From Sulfurospirillum sp. (lineage in GTDB: Bacteria; Campylobacterota; Campylobacteria; Campylobacterales; Sulfurospirillaceae), in the NCBI GenBank assembly GCA_036171535.1, contig JAVHRG010000177.1, forward strand, positions 1 through 44,335: a stretch of DNA of 44,335 nt. The letters run 5' to 3'. The translations under genes and the position numbers were made by a program. The notes under the pieces were generated by a model that ran no database searches, was not told the DNA's origin, and saw only the letters and a program-made list of their open reading frames with translations. Within the stretch, counting starts at the first letter, position 1; each line of letters starts with the position of its first letter. Shown piece by piece: positions 36,889 to 44,335 of the stretch.

Positions 36889-39122
36889 AAAAACATATAT
36901 CCTAATGACTTATACACACTTACCCTTTTGCGATACATTTTTGAAAAGATTTTATCGGAGTCATTTATATCAACGACAAGTAAATCTCGCGAATGATCTC
37001 GTCCAATTCTGCCTAATATCTGAATGAGTCTGGATGGATGCGAAATCGGTGTAGCAAGAATCAGCGTATCGATATTTTTAAGATCCATTCCCTCCCCTAA
37101 TAAACTGGTTGTACCTAGTGTAACGTTGAAAGTCGCTCCCGTGGTTCGAAGCCTTGCAATAACCAAGGCACGCTCTTTTGGATTCATTCCACCGTGGACG
37201 ATTTCATGATTAATCGTGTTTACATGTAAAGCAGAAGATAGATGTGTAATATGTTCAATGCGATCACTCAGCAACAGAATTTTTCGGTGTATATTTTGCT
37301 TGATGGCAGTAAGTAAAAGGTCATTCCGAGTTTGATCTACGATTAGTTCAGAAATAATGGCATGGTATTCGCTCTCTTTACTCTCAAAATTACTTCTGCA
37401 TTCAAGCACTCTTTTCAGACGACCATCGTGCCTAACATGTTTAAATAGAACTTCACCTAACGCATAATTCACAAAGGGTGTCTTGCTATCGGTTCGCTGT
37501 AACGTAGCACTGAACCCATAGGCTCGTATGCCATTAAAAGCTTTAATCGCTTGATACGCACTGTAGGAAGCTGCATGATGGCACTCATCCACTAAAAGAA
37601 GACCGTATTTATTCCTAATAAAACCTTCCCCTTCGGTTTCAATTGCATTGGCTAAGGATTGTACGGTTGCAATATCGACCGTTTCAAGCAGTTTTTTTCT
37701 GCTTCCATGAAAGGTACCAATCTGTTTCTTACTCAGTCCTGTCCATTTGATGATTTCATCCACCCATTGTTTAAGCAGTTCCATTTTGTTGACAAGAATG
37801 AGTGTTCTAAGTCCTAGTTGACTCATTAAAGCGATAGCAATGAGTGTTTTACCAAATCCTGTTTGTGCATGTAAAATACCTCTTTCAGAAGAATCAAACA
37901 ATGCTTCAAGCGCTAAGGTCTGTTCTTCTTTTAATGTAGCATTACAAAACAATGGCTCTAAAAGCTTTGGCGCACTTCGTTTATCATCAAGAATAATTTG
38001 ACAATCACTTTTTTCAAAAAGCTCCATAACATCTTCTAGCACACCAAGAGGCAAAATAAGGTACTGTTCATCCATCTCAAACGCACTTAAAAAACGAGGA
38101 ATATGCACCACCACTTTTTTCAATTTTTGCGCTTTGATATAATCAGGATTGGAAAAGGTAACACATTGCATCAACCGATAAATGGCTTTTTTGGAAAGAT
38201 CTTTTTTAGGGATATAAATGGCATTATCAAGAACGATGTCAATGGACTCTGGTAAAGGTACTTTAGCGGTTCTATCAGCCACCCTTTCCCAAGGAGGCAG
38301 ATATAACGACTCATTAGCGTACGCATGAAATTCTTCCTTACCGGTAAGCTCATACACTAAAGCAGAGGAGACTTCTTCAATCTGTTCCAAAAAAAGAAAC
38401 TGGTTTTCATAGGCTTCTAGGGTGTTGGGGTCAAAGAAAAGAGTGCCTTTATTCGCTTTTGCACTGCTAAAATGCAAAGGAACGGCGATAAGATTGCCAA
38501 GACCATCTTCTGGCACAAAATCTTGAGAGGGAAAAAATCGATCAAACGTACTTAAGCTCAAGGAAGTTTTGCTAAAAGCGTCATTGAGGATTAAATCCCC
38601 AAGTCTCCTGGCATTGATTGCAAGAATAGGCGCATCAAACCACATCCAAAGGTGCACGCCTTTGCCTGATTTAGATAGTTCTGGATAGAGTGTAACACCA
38701 AACTTTTTAGCACTTTCAATGATGGATTGTGCATCTTCAAGCGCTTTGGAACGTGAGAAGTCACCATTGTAGGCTTTATCATCCAAGTCAATCACCATAA
38801 AAACACAACGATTGCTCTTTTGCATGGCATAAGAGCCTAGTCTGATTCTTCCTTGCAAATGAAGTTTAATGGCTTCATCGGTGAGCGGCACATAGGCAAA
38901 TGTTTTACTTTCATAATTGTCTTTTAACGGGTAATAGCCTTTTTTATTTTGTCGTTCTTTGGCATAAACATCACATCTTGCAAAAAAGCGCTTTTTAAAC
39001 AGGGCTATTTTTTCAAATGAAGGGAGTTGGTAAAACGTTAACTCTTTTTTTAAAGTCTCAATGGAAGCTTCAATAAGGCGTTTTTGGACCATTAACTCTT
39101 TGAGTTTTAGATGTTGATTCAA
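36885..39122 (-). CDS. AEP primase-like domain (TOTE-conflict type) fused to SF2 DEAD/DEAH helicase
   Basis: IDLDD, ELSKSGKGVHLW, DRFFPSQD, GNLIAVPL; helicase TGFGKT, DECHH, SAT, GEGMD, QILGRIGR. Confidence 0.88.
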   Translation of the reverse strand: MNQHLKLKELMVQKRLIEASIETLKKELTFYQLPSFEKIALFKKRFFARCDVYAKERQNKKGYYPLKDNYESKTFAYVPLTDEAIKLHLQGRIRLGSYAMQKSNRCVFMVIDLDDKAYNGDFSRSKALEDAQSIIESAKKFGVTLYPELSKSGKGVHLWMWFDAPILAINARRLGDLILNDAFSKTSLSLSTFDRFFPSQDFVPEDGLGNLIAVPLHFSSAKANKGTLFFDPNTLEAYENQFLFLEQIEEVSSALVYELTGKEEFHAYANESLYLPPWERVADRTAKVPLPESIDIVLDNAIYIPKKDLSKKAIYRLMQCVTFSNPDYIKAQKLKKVVVHIPRFLSAFEMDEQYLILPLGVLEDVMELFEKSDCQIILDDKRSAPKLLEPLFCNATLKEEQTLALEALFDSSERGILHAQTGFGKTLIAIALMSQLGLRTLILVNKMELLKQWVDEIIKWTGLSKKQIGTFHGSRKKLLETVDIATVQSLANAIETEGEGFIRNKYGLLLVDECHHAASYSAYQAIKAFNGIRAYGFSATLQRTDSKTPFVNYALGEVLFKHVRHDGRLKRVLECRSNFESKESEYHAIISELIVDQTRNDLLLTAIKQNIHRKILLLSDRIEHITHLSSALHVNTINHEIVHGGMNPKERALVIARLRTTGATFNVTLGTTSLLGEGMDLKNIDTLILATPISHPSRLIQILGRIGRDHSRDLLVVDINDSDKIFSKMYRKRVSVYKSLGYMFF

Positions 39123-39130
39123 GAAAAAAC

Positions 39131-40291
39131 CTACAATGCCATAAACGCTTTTGAGCAGTCAATAATAGTGCGCTTCTTCGCTGGATAAGTATCAAAGAGC
39201 TTTTGCTGATTATCATTTAGCACAGAGTGGTATTTGACTTCTATGAGTGTTTCATCCTCTGTGATAAAGTCGATTTCATTGCCTCCTTCATACACATAGT
39301 GAAGATTTTTAGACTTAAGCTTAAGATACACAAGATTTTCAAAAATAGCCCCTTTATCACGGTATCCTGTAATGAGATTGCGAATACCGACATCTCCAGC
39401 ATAAATCTTTTTAGGATGGCGCAAGCGTTCATTGAGCTTGCCATGCTTTTCAACGGTATAGATAAGATATGTTTCTTCAAAATAGCTTTGAAATCGTCTT
39501 GCCGTATCAACGCCAATATTTAAGATATGCGCCATCTTATTAAGACTCAGTTGTTTGCCGGAGCGCTCCATCAAAAGTTTAAAAAAGTCTTTCACGATTT
39601 GCTCATCTTTGATTTTATGATAAGCAATAATATCTTTGTAGATGATGTTATCGATAAGATTAGAGAGATACGAAATATCTCCAGTAAGGACATACTCAGG
39701 CATACCCCCATCTTTCATATACTCTTCAAAATAGCTCTCCACCAAATGCTCATCGGCTTTTTTAATCACAATGTTTTTAAATTGCAAATACTCTTCAAAG
39801 CAAAGCGGCATGACTTCAACCAAGCGCTGGCGACCTGTTAAAAAAGCTTGGCTATCTTTAAGTAAAGAGGCCGAAGAAGCAGAAGCGAAGATTTTTACAC
39901 CACCTAAATCATAAAGATTTTTAAGTTCCTGTTGATACGATTTTTTAGAGGTTACTTCATCAAAAAAGAGATAAATCATTTGTGAGCTTGGCAGTTTATG
40001 AAGTTTTCGATATCCTGTAACAATATCAGCAATACTCAAGCCCTCAAGAGCATATAAATCCAAACTGATATAAAAGATATGTTTCGGCTCAATTTTCTTT
40101 GCATGTAAGAGTAAATTGACAACACCTTTAAGAAGGGTTGTTTTCCCGACACGACGAAGTCCTGTTAGAAAAATGATATCTTTATTATCGATGTATTCTC
40201 TCAATTCATTCAAATAAATATCTCGTTGAATGGCATTCAAGACAAAAGGCTCTTCCCACCAAGGATTGGATTTGTAAAAAAGTGCTTCCAT
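39131..40291 (-). CDS. AAA_14 ATPase with DUF4143 C-terminus
   Basis: NPWW, GLRRVGKTT, FFDEV, LTGR, GGMP, KKIYAGDVG, FENLV, EIDF, IEVK. Confidence 0.9.
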   Translation of the reverse strand: MEALFYKSNPWWEEPFVLNAIQRDIYLNELREYIDNKDIIFLTGLRRVGKTTLLKGVVNLLLHAKKIEPKHIFYISLDLYALEGLSIADIVTGYRKLHKLPSSQMIYLFFDEVTSKKSYQQELKNLYDLGGVKIFASASSASLLKDSQAFLTGRQRLVEVMPLCFEEYLQFKNIVIKKADEHLVESYFEEYMKDGGMPEYVLTGDISYLSNLIDNIIYKDIIAYHKIKDEQIVKDFFKLLMERSGKQLSLNKMAHILNIGVDTARRFQSYFEETYLIYTVEKHGKLNERLRHPKKIYAGDVGIRNLITGYRDKGAIFENLVYLKLKSKNLHYVYEGGNEIDFITEDETLIEVKYHSVLNDNQQKLFDTYPAKKRTIIDCSKAFMAL

Positions 40292-40488
40292 TTTAGTCCA
40301 ATAGTATAAAATATTTCATTAGTATACTATAGAATCGTATAAAAATACATAAAGAAGCGGAATGAAAATAAACATTTTCAATAGTTAGCAAAAATTTGAA
40401 TACATTATTGTTCCAAAAGTTCAAAAATACGCTAGTTATGATAGCTTATAAAGTTGAGTATAGATACTTGATTTTGAAATCCATAAGC

Positions 40489-40585
40489 ATCCGCCAACTA
40501 ATCCGCCAATATATAAATTTAATACAAAAATATTTAATATAAATACCACTATAAAAGCATTTGCAATCCGCCAAATAATCCGCCA
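40489..40585. promoter_or_regulatory. Two pairs of ATCCGCCA direct repeats upstream of fic
   Basis: Copies at 40489, 40501, 40566 and 40578, 12-bp period within each pair; the last abuts TTGACA. Confidence 0.65.
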
Positions 40586-40636
40586 TTGACACAATCTTTT
40601 TTAAATGTTAGAATCAAATTTTGAAAAGGAGTCACC

Positions 40637-41818
40637 ATGCAATTTGCACCTATTGCACCCTATCAACATGATGGAAGTTTTTCTTTAAAAATTGCAGAAA
40701 TGGCAACAGAACTTATTGTAAAAAGTGCCTCATTATCTGGCGGTCATACGCCACAAACACTAGATGCGGTTAAAGAGTTACTCTATTATATCAACTGCTA
40801 CTACTCCAACAAAATCGAATCACAAGGCACCAAACCATCTGATATCGAAAAAGCGATGAAAAAAGAATTTAGTGAAAATGTAAAAGAGAGAAATCTACAA
40901 ATTCTAGCCCTTGCCCATCTTAATGTACAGCGATGGATTGAAAATAAATTGAAAAGTGGATCCATATCTCCTTATGATGAAACATTTATTCATCAAGTGC
41001 ATAAACATTTCTATGAAGTCGATGGGATGGAACCATTTCAGTCAATAGAACATCAAGGTATTTTATATCCAGTGATGCCTGGGTTATATAGAGATAAAGA
41101 GGTTGAAGTTGGAAGACATCTAGCTCCAGCTCCCGTTGAAGTACCAGGATTAATGGCAACATTTGAAAGTCTTTATAATGCAACTTTGCAAAACAATATA
41201 CCTTCAAAAGTCATTCACGCATTATCATCACACCACCGATTTGTTTGGATACACCCCTTTATGGATGGCAATGGTAGAGTATCAAGGTTGATACTGGATG
41301 CAGCAATGAAGCACTCTGGGATACTTGGATATGGACTTTGGTCTATTTCAAGAGGACTTTCTAGAAGTAATGATAGATACAAAGAATACTTAAGTATAGC
41401 TGATCAAAAACAAATTGGTGCATATGATGGAAGAGGCCCACTCTCAACCAAAGCTCTTGAAGAATTTGTTGAGTTTATGCTGAGCACCTGCTTGGATCAG
41501 ATAAATTATATGTCGCGTTATTTACGAATGGATACTTTTGCATCGCGGATAGAAGACTACATTGCCCGTTCGCAAAAAAAAGAATTTGATAGCGAGCCAC
41601 TACCTGATAAGACTTCAAATATCATCAATATGATTTTACTCAAAGGGGAATGTCAAAGAGGAGAGTTAAGTACATTAACGAGCATCCCAGATAGAACAAT
41701 GACACGAATATTAAAAAAGCTTCTTGAGCAAAATATCTTACAGTCTGATTCTCAAAAAGGACCTGTAAGACTTAGAATATCAGCACACATGTCTGGGTTT
41801 TTATTTCCTGAGATATAA
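40637..41818 (+). CDS. Fic-domain protein with C-terminal HTH
   Basis: SNKIES inhibitory-type motif, HPFMDGNGRVSR catalytic motif. Confidence 0.93.
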   Translation: MQFAPIAPYQHDGSFSLKIAEMATELIVKSASLSGGHTPQTLDAVKELLYYINCYYSNKIESQGTKPSDIEKAMKKEFSENVKERNLQILALAHLNVQRWIENKLKSGSISPYDETFIHQVHKHFYEVDGMEPFQSIEHQGILYPVMPGLYRDKEVEVGRHLAPAPVEVPGLMATFESLYNATLQNNIPSKVIHALSSHHRFVWIHPFMDGNGRVSRLILDAAMKHSGILGYGLWSISRGLSRSNDRYKEYLSIADQKQIGAYDGRGPLSTKALEEFVEFMLSTCLDQINYMSRYLRMDTFASRIEDYIARSQKKEFDSEPLPDKTSNIINMILLKGECQRGELSTLTSIPDRTMTRILKKLLEQNILQSDSQKGPVRLRISAHMSGFLFPEI

Positions 41819-41881
41819 AAATAAATTTTGGATAAAGATTTTTAGAAATAGCGTAAATATTATGAATAACTCAATTGTTTC

Positions 41882-41904
41882 TAAGGTCGAAAATTTCGAC
41901 CTTA
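41882..41904. promoter_or_regulatory. Inverted repeat, candidate AbiEi-type operator
   Basis: TAAGGTCGAAA-A-TTTCGACCTTA upstream of the antitoxin. Confidence 0.6.
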
Positions 41905-41935
41905 AGTTATTCAAACTTTTATGTTACAATTTTTT

Positions 41936-42574
41936 ATGAAAACAATAGAACTAAGAAATGCATTACCATCATCCATATTTTCTCATGAGATGATCACATC
42001 ATTGCTTGAAAAATCGATTAGTAATGTGAACGATAAGATTTCAAATCTTGTCAAGAAGGGTGACCTTATACGACTTAAAAAAGGTTTTTACACCTTTTCA
42101 AGTCCCTATCGTACACAGCCAGTAGATTTCATGAGTGTTGCTAATACACTGTATGCACCTTCTTATATTTCTTTTGAGTATGCACTTGGTTTTTATAGCA
42201 TGATACCAGAGCGTGTCGTTGAGATAACCTCTGCAACAAGTAAAAACGAAAAACTTTTTAATACACCTATAGGGAGATTTAGTTATAAAAGAGTACCTAT
42301 ATTGGCATACTCTTTAGGCGTAAATTGGCTATATAATGAAAATGGGGAAGGTAAATTTATTGCAACACCTGAAAAAGCTCTATGCGATAAAATACGATAC
42401 GATAGAGGCCTAGGTACTCTTACGCAATGCTCTATGCAAGAGTATCTCAAATATGATTTGCGATTAGATATTAATGAAGCACTCAATATAGCCTTAATAG
42501 AAGAAATAGCAACAGCCTATAAATCAAAAAATCTAAGAACCCTTGCAGTGCTCCTCAAAAAAGGAAAACTATGA
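41936..42574 (+). CDS. AbiEi-like (type IV TA) antitoxin, no intact toxin downstream
   Basis: LIRLKKGFY, PSYISFEYAL...MIPE, IATPEKALCD. Confidence 0.85.
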   Translation: MKTIELRNALPSSIFSHEMITSLLEKSISNVNDKISNLVKKGDLIRLKKGFYTFSSPYRTQPVDFMSVANTLYAPSYISFEYALGFYSMIPERVVEITSATSKNEKLFNTPIGRFSYKRVPILAYSLGVNWLYNENGEGKFIATPEKALCDKIRYDRGLGTLTQCSMQEYLKYDLRLDINEALNIALIEEIATAYKSKNLRTLAVLLKKGKL

Positions 42575-42680
42575 ATCAGTTAGTCTTTACGAAGGGGATA
42601 CGGCAGTATTACCTTCTACTTGTGGATAAGATAGTTTGTGATGACAAAGAAATAAACCGTTTGGGCTTGATGGAGTGTTT

Positions 42681-43136
42681 ATGCAAAAAATAAAACATCC
42701 AAGAATCCTAAAGCTCATAAAAAATTATATTCCCAAGCAACAATCAAGTGAGGATATAGAACTTTATCCGAATGGAGTGTTTACTTTTTTTATCTCAAAA
42801 ATAATGGAAGATATTAAAAGCGGCCACTTTAAACCAAAAAAGCAAAGAATAAATCTTGAAAAATGGAGAAAAACACATTATCATTCTCCGGAGTCCTTGG
42901 ATGAAAATCATCTAAAAATTGCCAAGACCTCAAAGCCAATTATTCAAGCAGAAATAAAAATAGGAAAATTTGAAATTATTGATGGCAATCATCGATTTGA
43001 AAAAGCTTGGAGAGAGGGAAAAAAGACAATCAATTCCTATAAAATTTATGGCGAAGAACTGATCCCTTATTTTTACGATCAAAAAGGCTATGAGTATTTT
43101 GTGAAGTATTGGAATTCTAAATTGGAGGATGTATGA
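42681..43136 (+). CDS. ParB/Srx-like N-terminal domain protein
   Basis: KPII...IIDGNHRF motif. Confidence 0.6.
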   Translation: MQKIKHPRILKLIKNYIPKQQSSEDIELYPNGVFTFFISKIMEDIKSGHFKPKKQRINLEKWRKTHYHSPESLDENHLKIAKTSKPIIQAEIKIGKFEIIDGNHRFEKAWREGKKTINSYKIYGEELIPYFYDQKGYEYFVKYWNSKLEDV

Positions 43137-43438
43137 AAATAGAGGTAGAAAAAGCAAGCAATGGTTATATCATAATATTGCCACCAGAAAATGAAGAGCA
43201 TATTGAACGAAAAATTGTCGTTCAAGAGAAAGAATACAATTTTCACGATTCCACTAAAGAAGAGTTTGAATGTTTTAGAGATTTGGTGTTTCACTTACAA
43301 GAAATTTTTGGTATCAACAATTCTAAACATAAAACAATTGGCTATATCAATGGTATATGCTCAGAAGATAAGAGATGGGAATTCCAAGAGCAAATGAAGC
43401 AATCGTTAGAAAACCCAAAAAATGATTTGGGAGATTAA
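43133..43438 (+). CDS. Hypothetical protein
   Basis: GGAGG RBS; ATGA overlap with the previous gene. Confidence 0.7.
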   Translation: MKIEVEKASNGYIIILPPENEEHIERKIVVQEKEYNFHDSTKEEFECFRDLVFHLQEIFGINNSKHKTIGYINGICSEDKRWEFQEQMKQSLENPKNDLGD

Positions 43439-43501
43439 AACTGTATCATTTCTACTACCATGAATGGCTGTATAAACATCGTAAACATGAGGAAGTTGAT
43501 T

Positions 43502-43705
43502 ATGAAAACAACAAGACCTAGTTTTGAATCATTTAAAGCCAAAGCACTTAAAAACCCTGAAGTAAAAGCTGAATACGATTCACTGAAGCCAATTGTTGAA
43601 ATAAAACAACACAAGGCAACCCAAGAAGGTGGTGATAATCTTTTCCACACAAAGAGCACTCCATCAAGACTAAGGAAGGTTAAATGCCGAGTATCTTCCA
43701 AATAA
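43502..43705 (+). pseudogene. Truncated HTH antitoxin-like remnant
   Basis: N-terminus FKAKALKNPEVKAEYDSL is typical of XRE antitoxins, but no HTH follows. Confidence 0.5.
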
Positions 43706-43965
43706 AGGTTCTCATAGCCTTCTTAATTACATATTATGTGTTTTAAGGGTTTTTACCGCTTAAGGTAAGCTGCTCGCACTGTGACTTAAATTTTGGAAGA
43801 ATATTACGGATTATCCATTCAATAATAGCTAAGTTAATGCCTTCGTAATCATGGGCAATATAATTTCTGACATCACAGATACCCTTCACCTTTTCTTCTT
43901 TCTTTTCACAACCACATCAATTTTTAAGGCTTTTGTTTTCAATTGATACAAGATGAGTAGGATAG

Positions 43966-43992
43966 TTTGAGGTCACAATTTGTGACCTCAAA
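43966..43992. repeat. Perfect 13-bp-arm palindrome downstream of rtcB
   Basis: TTTGAGGTCACAA-T-TTGTGACCTCAAA. Confidence 0.7.
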
Positions 43993-44074
43993 TGAAAATG
44001 CCACACTAGAAGGTAGAAGATACTTCCCGTATGCACAGATCGCTCGTTTCATAGATAAGGGTTTTTGACATAGT

Positions 44075-44335
44075 TTACCCCTTAATATTCAAAAACGGTT
44101 TAACATGATCTATTACATCTACTAATTCTTTTTGCAGCGCCATCACTTCAAAAATATCTTTATACGCTCTTGGACTTTCATCAAGCATCTTATCGGTATG
44201 GTTCGTACAAACTCCTTGCATATCATCATGAAACTGATCCACATTCAAAGCTAAAAACGCTTGATTACGAGAACGCACACGACCTGCTCCGTGAGAACTT
44301 GAATATAAAGACGCTTCATTGCCCTTTCCCTTAAC
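44075..44335 (-). CDS. rtcB: RtcB-family RNA ligase, C-terminal part (runs off the window)
   Basis: Frame extends to the window edge: GKGNEASLYSSSHGAGR...LDESPRAYKDI...NIKG. Confidence 0.9.
   Translation of the reverse strand, partial: VKGKGNEASLYSSSHGAGRVRSRNQAFLALNVDQFHDDMQGVCTNHTDKMLDESPRAYKDIFEVMALQKELVDVIDHVKPFLNIKG

Overview
This is an AT-rich window that reads as part of a large low-copy plasmid or megaplasmid. A Campylobacterota host, perhaps Sulfurospirillum-like, is my inference from protein style, not a database result. The window has four zones. (1) 0.3-9.2 kb is accessory/backbone: S24 repressor, AAA ATPase, pRiA4b-ORF3, HipA-HTH toxin-antitoxin, orphan ParB, lytic transglycosylase and UvrD-like helicase. 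(2) 9.2-12.8 kb is a complete replicon: parA-parB with three palindromic parS-like sites, and a Rep_3 initiator flanked by iterons. (3) 12.9-30.6 kb is a co-oriented establishment/leading-region-like array: PD-(D/E)XK nuclease, RecT, SSB, Toprim primase, ArdB/KlcA antirestriction, HD hydrolase, GATase-II/GGCT fusion, ankyrin-amidoligase, DNA methyltransferase and many small ORFs. It is interrupted by a class B group II intron. (4) 30.6-44.3 kb is a regulatory/defence island: S24 repressor, HU, WYL regulator, L/F-transferase, decayed AbiE modules, primase-helicase, AAA ATPase, Fic and a partial RtcB. The most notable unannotated signal is a family of eight related GC-rich hairpins (CCC-N3/4-GGG arms). 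Each precedes a gene group in zone 3, and most are followed by a stem that occludes the ribosome-binding site. The intron has inserted inside one copy, so splicing would rebuild it. Other signals are a three-site ATGGAC-N8-GTCCAT operator set around the WYL gene, two paralogous micro-membrane proteins, and an att-like duplication flanking the first ATPase. All calls are by eye, and no searches or folding programs were run.
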